Source: Octopus bimaculoides
Taxonomy: Eukaryota
Assembly: GCF_001194135.2 (NCBI RefSeq)
Contig: NC_068998.1
Location: forward strand, 26,497,860 to 26,561,859
Direction: 5' to 3'
DNA: 64,000 bases
Shown: in pieces, positions 14,642-27,074 of the stretch
Position numbering within the stretch: the stretch's first letter is position 1
How the letters are laid out: each line of letters starts with the position of its first letter
Made by a program: the position numbers and the translations under genes
Notes under the pieces: generated by a model
Databases searched by the model: none
Told to the model about the DNA's origin: nothing
Seen by the model: the letters and a program-made list of their open reading frames with translations, nothing else

Positions 14642-14775
14642 TGGCATCCCGGTACGTGACTTATACACATTAAAGCTGTTCTGCTTTTTCTTCCTATGCA
14701 TTACTTCTAGGTCCGCAAACTCTGATTTATTTGTTTTGCAGACCCACCTACATATCTTTTGTGTCACGCTCCTAA
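14642..14775 (-). CDS. Candidate internal exon (phase 1 to 0): xRSVTQKICRWVCKTNKSEFADLEVMHRKKKQNSFNVYKSRTGMP
   Basis: Strong acceptor (cctttgatttcattctatag), strong donor (CCA|GTAAGT), frame open throughout. Competes with plus-strand exon candidates at the same place. Confidence 0.35.
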
Positions 14776-16125
14776 CTATAGAATGAAATCAAAGGCATAT
14801 ACGAATATAATTTTCAACCTTCGTAAAGATAATCGACTACTAAACTACAGAATGAAAACGAAGATATAATTTATTAGCGATACAACTTTTATATTATTTA
14901 TAAGGCTGATAAATGATGATTATAAATTAAGTGAGATATATATATATACATATATGTGTATATATATACATACACATCTATTTATTCTTTTAGTCTTTTT
15001 TATTAGTTATTGGATCGAGCGGCCAGGCTGGAGCAAAGTCTTCACAGTTTTAGTCAAACATATCGGTTCCAATAGTTATGTTTAAGCTAGTTACTTATTT
15101 TAACCAATTACATTTGTCCAGCCGCTATGTCACGGCACATTAATAACATCATTGGCTTCAAGCGGCATAGACACCAATACACATCCATCCATCCACGCGC
15201 GCGCGCACACCCACATATGCATGTACATATATGTGTGTGTTTCATTGGTAAAGAGAAATGTCTTTGCCGAGATTTGGACTGGATCATTGTCTAGAATCGC
15301 TTGAAAGATTATCTTTTGTTGTGCAATATTTGTCAACGGTGGCAATTCTTTATCGCATTGTCAGAAGATAATCGAGTGATCGACATCAACTTTAGTTTGG
15401 TATTTATCTGTTGTTGTAGGTTTGGGTCAGCCTGATGGAACTTACGATCAAATCCATTTCAAACGTGGACTATTTATCCTTTCGTTTTCTATATCTAAGA
15501 TTAAGTTGTTCAACATATCGTTCTTTGTTAAAGTGAAGCGTGCGTGAAATAAGGGAAATTTGACAGTTATTTCTAGCATGTAAATGATTGTATCAAGATT
15601 CCTTTATTGGCTCTATAAGTATTTATTTGATCGACTCCCGTGGCTGAGAGAGAAGATAAAAGACAAAGTTGATCTTGGTGAACAATTGACCATTATAAAA
15701 TGAGTTAGGAAATTAGTGAGAAAACTCTTAAATCACATTCCCTGCTAGTGACACCTGTTGATTCTTGTCCTCTGCTTTACCTTCTAACTTTTCACAGATT
15801 TATTTTTGGTATTCAATTATCACTAAGAATCTGATACCTGTCACTAAATATCTGATATCTTATAACAAGAAGAATATGATATCCGTCACAAAAGATAGAG
15901 TTTCACTTCAAATTCGATCCGCCAAACATAAGCACACATGAATCATGTGAACGATCTCCTCTCCATTTTTAATGGTTTAGTTACAAAAGGAAAGACAACA
16001 CTCATGACTTTTTCTAGAGCCATTTAGACAGGTGGGAAGAAGGCAAACAGTTATTCTTAGACCTGAGATCTGACACCAATACTTGCAGCTGAAAACACTT
16101 ATATAGTGTTTAAATTAATCTACAG

Positions 16126-16285
16126 TTCAAAGTTATGGACAAAACGCTAGTCTATCTCCAATAAATTTCTCTGCAAGAGAAATTGAACTCACTACAGTAA
16201 ACCAAAAAATTGCTTGTCTAAGTTACAATCTTCCACTCTTAACAACGATGAATTGTCCCAAATTGCAGTACTTCTTTGAAGCCAG
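16126..16285 (+). CDS. Candidate internal exon (phase 1 to 2): xQSYGQNASLSPINFSAREIELTTVNQKIACLSYNLPLLTTMNCPKLQYFFEA
   Basis: Acceptor aatctacag, donor CAG|GTAAAC, 52 open codons in AT-rich DNA, two N-glycosylation sequons (NAS, NFS). No recognisable domain. Confidence 0.3.
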
Positions 16286-17413
16286 GTAAACTTAAACTCA
16301 CTAACAGAGTTTAGTGTTTTGGCTTACGTTCATTGGCATGGTACAAAATTCAGACCAGACATCTTGAGCAGTTTCCAAATATTTTATTGATGACGAGTTC
16401 ATTTAGGATCTCATCTTAAATCAAACTAAAGTAAAAATAAATAAATAAACGAAAATAAAAGCTTACAACTAATTGATTCTCATATGGCTCTAAAATATTA
16501 GTTCATGAGTTCATAAAGAGTTAAATATATTCCTCCCATGCATTCCAACATCTGACAACAGTTAAACTATACTTCGTTGATGCTGAAACGACATCCAAAA
16601 GATATTCCCCCACACTACTAAAGATCAATCCTTATTGCATTCTATTATTAATTAAGTAATTCAAATTTTGAGGTTGTATCCACAATCTCTTTAAAGCAAT
16701 TTTTTTATCGTGTAATTTTAATTAATTAGAAGTCTTTCACACACTTTATTCAATTAGAGTATACTTCACTCTCTGGTTTCATGCAAATTTTCTCCTATTC
16801 ATCCTCTAATACCCTGTAAAACTGTTCCCCTTTGTCCAAACTTTATCTGAACCTTCTTAACCTCCTCGCGGCGGCTATTTAGACCTTTTTATTTCTATTT
16901 ATTTTATTATTATTTACATTTAGCTTAAATTGTTAGTCCTTTCACGGATCAGCTTCACTAGCTGTCACCAGGGCAACAATCTCTATATTTCATACACAGC
17001 TGGAATGTATTAATTTATTTACCTGTAACAATTGCAAGCTTTCTTTCATTTACTTTATAGTCTCTTGTGTTTTTGGGCGGGAAAACATATATTTGAATGA
17101 AAAAGAACTGCAGTTGGTGACCCAAAGTTGAACTCCCAATAAATAAATTTCACGAATTGTTAAGGTAAACTAGGTTGTTTAGGGAATCAAACAACAGTTA
17201 AAGGTGAAGGGTTTGTCAAAAGAAGAGTATCTATAGTAATAGGCAGGCAAAATTAATTATCCGGAGCCTTTCAAATATTTGAATTTCGTGACCGCTGCCA
17301 GGTAAGCATGTCAGTGGACAGGTGTACTTGCATTACACTTCTGTCAGTGGACAGTTGCTAGCTTCTCTTTGTATTGCTTTTATTATCCAGCTAGCAAACA
17401 AAAGATACACACT

Positions 17414-17457
<44 letters not shown>

Positions 17458-17656
17458 CACGCACACACACACACACAGCACGAATGGAAACAATTGACAT
17501 AGTTTGACAAAATCCCTCATGCTGGTTCGTTTCCTGGCTGACTTACCTACCTATCAGCTTTGCAAGGAAATAAACTGCATATCATGTGGACAGACAACCT
17601 AAAAAAGACTTATTGAAGATCCAATTTCAAATTATCAGTAAAAACGACTTCTATAT

Positions 17657-17940
17657 ATTCTTTTCTACTCTTAGCACAAGGCCTGAAATTTTTGGAGAGG
17701 AGGAGGCCAGTCGATTAGATCGACCTCAGTACGCAACTGGTACTTAATTTATCGACGCCAGTACACAACTAGTACTTAATTTATCGACCCCAATGCGCAA
17801 CTGGTACTTAATTTATCGACCCCGAAAGGATGAAAGGCAAAGTCGACCTCGGCAGAATTTGAACTCAGAACGTAAAGACAGACGAAATACTGCTAAGCAT
17901 TTCGCCCGGCGTGCTAACGCTTCTGCCAGTTTGCCGCCTT
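17657..17940 (-). mobile_element. Young family-A SINE with a triplicated 32-bp internal segment
   Basis: Near-consensus core atcgaccccgaaaggatgaaaggcaaagtcgacctcggcagaatttgaactcagaacg; three tandem units at 17719-17814. Confidence 0.9.
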
Positions 17941-18879
17941 ACAACATTTATATACTGCTAGTCTTTATCCTATTGACCCTGAAACAAGATGGAAAGTGGA
18001 ACACAACGGAATTTGAAAACTGAACAATCTGTACGAAATTTAAGACTGCATTACATTTAGTCTAATACTCTGCATCTTCGGATCACTCAGTGTTCATTGT
18101 TTCACTTCCTTTATTTTTGAACTGTCTGGGACATATCGACCCCAGTACTGATTTTAGTCTTGTACTGTTCATTGTATGACTAAGTTACTTTTGATAAGGG
18201 AACGTAACTCCACGGAATGCTTATACCGTAGTTGTGCAATAGACATACATACATACATGCATACATACATACATACATACATACATAAATACATAAACAG
18301 GCGTTAGCTCATATGTAGTTATTTGTGTTCCACGTTCCCAATTATCAGACCGTGTGTGTGTGTGTGTGTGNNNNNNNNNNNNNNNNNNNNNNNNNNNNNN
18401 NNNNNNNNNNNNNNNNNNNNNNNNNNNNNNNNNNNNNNNNNNNNNNNNNNNNNNNNNNNNNNNNNNNNNNNNNNNNNNNNNNNNNNNNNNNNNNNNNNNN
18501 NNNNNNNNNNNNNNNNNNNNNNGTGCGTGCGTGTGTGTGTGGCCTGGTGCTATTAAAATATTCCCCCAGCAGAATCAACACAATACATCTTGTAACAAAA
18601 CTGGTCCTTTGAACTAGGAGTACAATTCGTGCGATTTTTTTTTTTCTTTTTTTATGTCTAACCATTTTTGCTCGCAAGTCTTGGATCGGTGATATACCAT
18701 GATAAAATCCACTTGCCGTTATGTCAGGTCATAGGGACGAATCTGAAATCTCAGGATTGCGAAGTGGACTTCTTAACCATTCGGATGTGCCTATTCTATT
18801 AGTTTTCATGCACACGAATATCAAAGAGAACTTGACAGTCATATTTATCTGTTTTTTTAAAAATATTTTACTTGTTTTA

Positions 18880-19069
18880 GTCATTGAACTGCAGCCATTC
18901 TGAGACCTAGCATTGCAGTGTTTAGTCGAAGTGTTTACTTATTTTTAAGGCATGGTACATATTTTATCGGTCTTCTTTGCTGCACTGCTAAGTTACGGTG
19001 ACATAAACAAACACCAGTTGTCAAGCTCCGGTGGTAGACAAACTCAAACACAATGACGCACACACTTAC

Positions 19070-19112
<43 letters not shown>

Positions 19113-19310
19113 CACACACACACACATATGCACACAAATATACGCACACATATACACACAAATATACACACACATATACACACAAATAGGTTCATAGATA
19201 GACAGATAAATAAATAAATAGATACATACATACATACATACATACATACATACATACATACATTCATACAAGAGGGGATTCTTTCAGTTTCCGCTTACCA
19301 CACAGCCAAG
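18880..19310 (-). mobile_element. Degenerate family-B SINE interrupted by a TACA/CA microsatellite
   Basis: gctaagttacggtgacataaac...gttgtcaagc and ttctttcagtttccgc match the family-B copies at 23721 and 48518. Confidence 0.6.
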
Positions 19311-19322
19311 CATGCGCCTATA

Positions 19323-19540
19323 TAATACTTTCGACTACAGACACAAGGTCTGAAATTTTGAAGGAGGAGTATAGTCGACTACATGGACCCCAGTGCGTAA
19401 CTGGTACTTATTTCATCGACCCCGAAAGGATGAAAGGCAAAGTCGACCTCGGCGGAATTTGAACTCAGCACGTTAAGACGAACGAAATGCTTCTAAGCAT
19501 TTGGCCCGGCGTCCTAACGATTCTGCCAGCTCGCCACTTT
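19323..19540 (-). mobile_element. tRNA-derived SINE, family A
   Basis: Full core and head motifs present. Confidence 0.9.
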
Positions 19541-19624
19541 TCCTTCACCTGTATAATGAGGAATCCAGGAGACATGAATTAATTTAAACTTCATAGATAA
19601 CATTACAGCACAGTAAGCCATAGA

Positions 19625-19808
19625 TAATAATGATTTCAAATTTTGGCACAAGGCCAGCAATTTAAGTGGACTAGGTAAGTCGATTACATTTACCCCAGTG
19701 TTCACTGGTACTTATTTTATTGACCCCAAAAGGATAAGTCGACCTTGGCGGTATTTGAACTCAGAGTGTAAAGACGGACGAAATACTGCTAAGCACTTTG
19801 CCCTCGCT
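19625..19808 (-). mobile_element. tRNA-derived SINE, family A, with a small internal deletion
   Basis: ggcacaaggccagcaattt...gtcgaccttggcggtatttgaactcagag. Confidence 0.8.
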
Positions 19809-19871
19809 CTCATAGCCATAGATATTACCATAGATATTACAATATTGTAATTTCAATCGTGTGTGATATGC

Positions 19872-19932
<61 letters not shown>

Positions 19933-20206
19933 TCTTCCACAAGCTTCACACTGATGATGTATAGCAGTTTGAGATGCTCTCTTTTTTAATGTTATATACT
20001 GGTTTGACACCGTGTATCTAATTAAGTGTAGTAGTTTGACATTTTAGTAGTTTGGTGTTGCCATTCTGATACCACTAGTTTCACATTCTTGTAGTATATG
20101 TCATTAGTGTCCTATTAACCAATATAAGCACAAGATTAGGGCATCAAGGAAGGGAGCATCACAGAGCTTTCTTCCAGTGCCGGACTTACCATGGTACAAA
20201 TGGTAA

Positions 20207-20421
20207 CTAACCCTATCCACTTGAGGCACAAAGCCTGAAATTTAGTGGGAGAGGGCTAGTCGATAACAACCCTAGTGCTCAACTGGTACTTATCTCATCG
20301 ACTCCGAAAATTTGAAAAGAAAAGTCGACCTCTACGGCATTTGATTTCAGAGCGTAAAAACGGACAACATAATGCTAAGCATTTCATCCGGCGCGGTAAC
20401 GATTCTGCCAGCTCACTGCAT
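20207..20421 (-). mobile_element. Family-A SINE with 12-bp target-site duplication
   Basis: TACAAATGGTAA at 20195-20206 and 20422-20433 flanks a full copy. Confidence 0.85.
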
Positions 20422-21104
20422 TACAAATGGTAAATTATGACAAGTATATTATCCTTCTAATGAAATTTCTAAGTAAATAATTGGCGCATATTAATTGCTG
20501 ATTTTCAGTATTTAATATATAGAATTAAAACAGATTATATCTAATATAGCTCAGTGGACGGACAGGGGTGAACACTTAAGTTTTAATATATCATTTCACT
20601 TTTAGCTCTTATGTCTTAATGTCTTGTGAATTAGATAACGGAAGGGTCGATGTGGGCACCTTGCTGAGCTGATCTTAGAGCATTAGTTGGGCCTTGATCC
20701 GGCTCTGATTACCATTCTAATTGTGTATAATAGCTTCACACGTTCTCTTTGATGATACATACTAGTTTGACTTTCTGATGGTGTATAGTAGTTTAAGACA
20801 CTCTCTTACGCTGCCTGTGCAAGTATTATATGTAACTTCTATTCGTAATCTACGATGCTATGGTATTTTGATGCTATCTATATAATGTTACGATATGATC
20901 TTTGATGATATGATAATCTGATATCATCTTGATGTTATATAGTTGCTTGGTACGGAGTATATAGTTGTTAAACACGACTTTTGATCACAGGATAATGTGA
21001 TGCCAGATTTCAGAGTGTGTGTGCAAAATCAATTACTGTATAAGTATGTTCACACACACACCATGATGAAAATATGAAATCTATCAAAACGGATGTAGGA
21101 ATCT

Positions 21105-21148
<44 letters not shown>

Positions 21149-21155
21149 GCTACTG

Positions 21156-21199
<44 letters not shown>
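21105..21199. repeat. (CTA)n microsatellite
   Basis: Directly visible. Confidence 0.95.
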
Positions 21200-21201
<2 letters not shown>

Positions 21202-22470
21202 GTCTTCTTCTTCTTAGTGGTGTGTCATTGTTACTAAAACAGGATGTGCTGAACGTTATGATTAAGTAAACTTTAACATCATTTTATGAAGTAAATGGCT
21301 CGTATAAATGCAAGTATACTTTGTCTATAGATAATGCAGAAAACGGGAAATGGAAACATAGAAGTATCTTAGTAGCACACGTTGAATATACGCTTCCAGC
21401 GAATATCTGAGTTTCAGTAAAAACTTGTAAGCGCAATCTTAACGTGAAGAAATTGTGGCACTTGAGGACGATTGAATAAAGGAAAAATAGAAGTGAAAAA
21501 GGAAGAAAACAAAAACCTTCCATCTCTCTCACACTAGTAATATGTCAGATATATATATGGAAATGTAATTAGGATAATGACATGTTTCTCAACATGGTTC
21601 TTTAATATAACACACAAGCTGAACACGATTTGATTTAAATGCCCACTTCTGTTTAGATAACATTTCTTACACGCAACAAGTATTTCTTATATTTATTTCT
21701 ATTATAACTTATTCACTAAAATGTGTCATTATGCTACCAATATTAAGAGAAACCGTTCAGTATAACCAATGAAATAAAGTTAAAACAAAGATGCGCCATT
21801 GTTCTACTTTGTATCATTTTGTGTGCGATAAAACATCATGGTTGATTAAAATTGAAGTTGATTCCTGATGTTTTATAGTCTGTATTCAGAACACCGTCTA
21901 AAATTTGAACAGTGTTTGGCGCATCACTACATCTCATTAAGACTTAAGCGCTCTTAACTAATTTTAATGTATTTACCATTTTCATTCAGACAGTTTCTTC
22001 AACTGATTTGCTTATAAAGTCACCACTGAAGAATATCTTATGTAGTATATTCAGAACAAACCACATAATACATCGAAAAACGTTTTGATTTCTGTGTTTT
22101 TAGCTAATGAAGAATGGTACATGAGTACCATACAGGTCAAGTGGTTGGCTATGAACAGTGTGCAATGGCATATTGTTCATAGCCAACCACTTTATTTCTC
22201 TGTCAGCAGTCTTCTCTTTAGTTCCCTGTTTGCGACTCTCGGTCAAATTTTAACGTGGTATCATTTCTGTAACAGTCAAAACTTCATTTAGAGGTTTCAA
22301 ATCTAACATGGGACAGTGATTTCTTGAAACTTCTAACAAGATAGTTTCTCGAAATGTATTTTTATAATTTCAGGATCTTCATTCTCAGCCCGATTGTTAT
22401 TCCCTTTCATAAAGTATCCATGAAAGTATATGAACCTCATCGAATGAGAGTGTTATATTTTTTGCTTTAG

Positions 22471-22657
22471 GATTTTTGCTACATATTTTTACATTTGCGA
22501 AGTTAGCATCAAGTTATCTGAATCTATTTAGATATGGAAATTTCAGCTTGAAAGAGAAACTCTGTGAAGTCTTGATTTCTGCATACAGCGCTATTAAATC
22601 TTGCTCGTTTTCAGCAGGGGAATATATTAACAAGATTATGTTACTTTTACAGAAGAG
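22471..22657 (+). CDS. Candidate internal exon (phase 1 to 2): GFLLHIFTFAKLASSYLNLFRYGNFSLKEKLCEVLISAYSAIKSCSFSAGEYINKIMLLLQKR
   Basis: Strong acceptor (atattttttgctttag), strong donor (GAG|GTATGT), 61 open codons in very AT-rich sequence. Product unknown. Confidence 0.4.
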
Positions 22658-23720
22658 GTATGTGAAATAAGCACAAGTTAGTCACATATTTTAGTGTAGG
22701 GTTATTGATTGTATTATGGAAATGTATCTAGCAAAAATGGTTTGATGTTTTTAATAGACAAATCATAAATTTAATATCAAAGATCACCTGTATAACATGA
22801 CAAGGTTATAGTGCTGGTCATCTCATGAATAACTGGTAAAGGAGAATATAATGATTTGAAATTGTTATTAAAAAAAAATGTCATGTCTCTCTTGATAACA
22901 CCTAGTGCTAATCTATTGGCTCCAGTGGTCATACGATTGTAAATAATCAGACTAATGGTCATAGGAATAATTAACTCCAATATTTCGTGCTTCTTATCCG
23001 TTGCTAATATCAAAATGCTGATTCTCCTAATAAAATAAGACCGGAGAGCAAGCATTACGAGGTTGGAGAAAGTTTAAAAATTAATCAGTAAAATACCTCT
23101 ATTGAATAATATCAGAGCGAAACATTTGATTCAAGATCAAAAAGTTGCTGTTATGAGATAGGTTATTCTTTAAGAGTTATCTTTCACAAATACGAACAAA
23201 GAATGATACGTCACTCAATAAATATTAGATGACACAAACGTAACTCTTTGATAGGAACTGCTTGACTAAACGCCTAGACGAGAAGGGAGATGAAACCACT
23301 CCTTTAGATGATTACTTCTAAAATATTTTCTCTTCAATCTTACAGTTTAATAGATCCCTCGTTATGAAAGTAGGTGGAGTAGCTCCTTTGACTGTAACTC
23401 TATATTGATGTAGCGATATGTGAGAACGAGAAAGAGAGAGAGAGAGAGAGAAAGAGGCTTTGTTGTTTAGTAGACCCAGATAAGTTCCATAAAAGTATTT
23501 CACCCGTGACGATCCCCATTTTTTGTATACTGCAAAATTCCCTCTATAAAAAGCACTCCTACACAACCACAATTACCAATATTAGAAATTACGTCATTAG
23601 CCTGCAATGTTTACCCCCGCCCATTTTTATATTTAAGAAAGCACAATAATGTAATAAGGTTTTATAATTTTTATTTATTTTTATTATATATCAATTTATT
23701 TTATATGAAATAAAATGTTA

Positions 23721-24083
23721 TACGGTGACTGTGTGGTAAGAAGCTTGCTTCCCAACCACATGGTTCCGGGTTCAGTCCTACGGCGTAGCACCTTGGGCAA
23801 GTGTCTTCTACTATAGCCTCGGGCCGACCAAAGCCTTGTGAGTGGATTTGGTAGACAGAAACTATGTGTTTGTGTCTGTTAGTCCCCCTATCACCGCTTG
23901 TCAACTGATGTTGGCGTGTTTGCATCCCCGTAATTAGCGGTTCGGCAAAAGTGACCGATAGAATAAGTACTATGCTTACAAAGAATAAGTCCGCAAGTCG
24001 ATTTATTCGACTAAAGCTCTTTAAGGTGGTGCCCCAGCTTGGCTGCAGTCAAATTACTGAAACAAGTAAAAGAATAAAAGAAT
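23721..24083 (+). mobile_element. Near full-length tRNA-derived SINE, family B
   Basis: tRNA-like head (gtgtggtaagaagcttgcttcccaaccacatggttccgggttcagtcc), body ccttgggcaagtgtcttctactatagcc...cggttcggcaaaag...gatagaataagtac, and an A-rich gtaaaagaataaaagaat tail. Confidence 0.9.
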
Positions 24084-24104
24084 ATGTTACCAATATTTTC
24101 AACA

Positions 24105-24270
24105 GTTGTTCGTCCGTCTCCACGTTCTGAGTTTAAATCCCATCAAGGTTGACTTAGCATTTCATCATTTCGAGATCAATAAAATAAGTACCAGTTGAAC
24201 ACTAGGATCAATGTGATTGACTTACTCCTCTCCCGAAATTGATGGCCTTGTGCCAAAACTTGAAATTAAT
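24105..24270 (+). mobile_element. Family-A SINE, 5'-truncated
   Basis: cacgttctgagtttaaatccc...aaaataagtaccagttgaacactagg...ggccttgtgcc. Confidence 0.75.
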
Positions 24271-24782
24271 AACCTTATTCATGTTATTCAAGGTTTTATA
24301 AAGCAATTTAGGTAGGTCCAAAATCGAAATATTTTTTATATAATTTGTGAACTGCCTATGGTATCCAGAATTACGTTGAGCAACAGTCTTTTTTGGCAGG
24401 CAGAGTGGTTGCTTGGACGCTCTTTCGTGGTATCGAAAGGAAACGGAGCAAATATAGAATGGAAAGGAGAGCAGAGGATATTACAGAAATCCCTAAATGT
24501 TCTCTTCGGAATATATTCTTAGAAAAGATATATTTGAAATAGTTTGCACACTACGAAAGCTTCGAAAACCCTTGAGACACATACATGATAAACTAGATTG
24601 TATATAGATTTATGTGTCTGAAAGATCGAATCAGAATGCTCTTTGTGAGAAGACAATTGAAATAGAATTCATATTTTATACTGATAGAAAGGCAGTTCAC
24701 GGAACTGTTAACTCCAGTTTGCTATTTCTACACTCTGATTTGAGTGGTATATTCTCCGATGATTGCTTTTAGAGGTTATATG

Positions 24783-24846
<64 letters not shown>

Positions 24847-26544
24847 CGCACACGTACACACGAAACATTATTTGACTCGAAGTTTTCGACATCTTTTTTT
24901 TCTTACGTATGATTACAATATTAATTTATATTGCCTCGGCGCAAAGAAATGGGATTTTGTGATATCCATACCTGTCCTACGGGCATTGGCAGTTAAGTGA
25001 GATTTCTTTGAGACTGAAATCACTTCGTAGTTTCGGCTGCTTGCTGAGAGCTTATCTCTTACGCTACAGTATTTGCCTTTGGGCTTCAACGATGTTACTT
25101 CCTACATTGATACTAGACGATGACGATATTGGTCAGATGTAAAATAGATTGAATCAAATCCTTGCATATTACAGATGCATTTTTTTATATTGACTCCAGA
25201 GATATCAAAACAATCCAGAGTTTAATTTCAATATAATGTAATTATGACATGTCCGATACTTTACCGTTCCCATTATCCGTCACTCTTGAATGGCACCTTA
25301 GAGACTGTTGCAGAATTTAGTTCTTTTAACCGAAAAGTAGATACGGATTCAAAGAGTAAATAATTAAAAGTTCTGCTGATTACATGATGTGGGGTTCTCC
25401 TCATGAGACGAGATCTATAAAACATTAGATTATAGCTTTAAAAAGACAAAGGTTACACAGCCAATTAGACATACTTCTAAAACGATGGGATAATCACGAT
25501 AGGAATGCACACGCTCCTAAGTATATCTGTTCCTCTAAGTTCCACCTAAGGCTAAAAGACAGTAACAAAGATTTTCATTCGACTACAGTTTATATTAAAC
25601 CTTGAACTGATGTTATTTTATTTCCAATCGTAGACTCACATGCATTAACTATGAATAAAGATTATCTTCACTTTTTACCATATAACGTCAGCTTTATCCC
25701 AGAGTCCAATTTTAGTTTTTTTTTAAATCCTATCTGTCTTTTTCATTTACGTGAATGATCGAAAAACCTCGTATATCACAGTTATTTCTGTTTATTTTCT
25801 AAAATGAGGGAAGAACTGGTTTTCAAACTAATTTTTTTTCTAAATCATTATATTTATTTTCCTCTACTTTATTTATTCTTTCAGTAACACTGGATTACAG
25901 TTATAACAATTCCTTTTATCCAAACCAGGCAAAAATAAATATAGGCAAATGTTAAATTCCTTCTGTTTGGCTACGGATGCTCTTTATAATTCCCGTGCTA
26001 CTCATTTTGTAATATAATTGGCTAATTTCATTGTCTCTAACTTCCAAACAACTATCAGATCCTGCTGTACATTTATTTTAAATGTTTACTCAGCCTCTTT
26101 GCGCGTGAAATAAATTCACTAATTTCTCCAGACAGTCGTTTTTCTTCCTCTCACTCTCCCATCAGAACTTAGATCTTATTTTAGAAGCCGTGAAACGAAA
26201 CTAAATTAAACAAAATCTTAATAGGAGAAGTTAGAAATCTGTGTTCTCTTGAGAAAAATTCCCAGTTCACAGGCACAAATATCTCAAAACTTTTGTTGGA
26301 ATGTTTCTTTTAATTGCATATCTTATGGATGCAAAAAAAAAAAAAAAAAAAAAAGCAATCTAGTTTTCGAAAAGGATTTCATCGTTGATACTTGCCACAT
26401 CATAAAATAAACTGCACATTTTAAACCAACAAAGAAGTATCTATGTGATCTCTCTACCTGGTAGAAATAGCAGCTAAATCTCCATCACACTATTCTTCCA
26501 CTATGTTAAAAAGGGTAAGAATACACAAGATAATAGAAACAGGT

Positions 26545-26545
<1 letters not shown>

Positions 26546-26593
<48 letters not shown>

Positions 26594-26643
26594 CAGGCAG
26601 ACAGGCAGACAGGCAGGCAGACAGGCAGACAGATAGATAGACT

Positions 26644-26692
<49 letters not shown>
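26546..26692. repeat. (GATA)/(GACA) compound tetranucleotide microsatellite
   Basis: Directly visible. Confidence 0.95.
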
Positions 26693-26699
26693 GATTAAT

Positions 26700-26910
26700 A
26701 ATAATAATAATAATTTCAGATTTTGACACAAGGCCAGTAATTTCAGAGGAGGGGATTTAGTCGTTTACATCGATCCCAATGTTTAACTGGTACTCATTTT
26801 ATCAACTCCGAAAGCAAAGTCGACCTCGGCGGAATTTGAACTCAATACGTAAGGATGGACGAAATGCTGCTAAGCATTTTTATCTAATGCGCTAACGATT
26901 CTATCAGCTA
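26700..26910 (-). mobile_element. tRNA-derived SINE, family A
   Basis: caaagtcgacctcggcggaatttgaactc core with an (ATA)n tail. Confidence 0.85.
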
Positions 26911-27074
26911 ATTTTGATCATGATCACGATTATGATGGTCACTCCTGTCGATATCGGCGTGTAAGTTTTTGAAGGACATGATTAAATTGTTTTTTAATTA
27001 AAAAATGGATTTTAAAAAATAAGTCGCATCTATTATATTTGTGATGCATGAATTTAATTTGAGTCCAAGTATGG

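Noticed and set aside
17719-17821. CRISPR-like regular repeat
   Set aside because: Units abut with no unique spacers, lie inside a SINE, and the DNA is eukaryotic.
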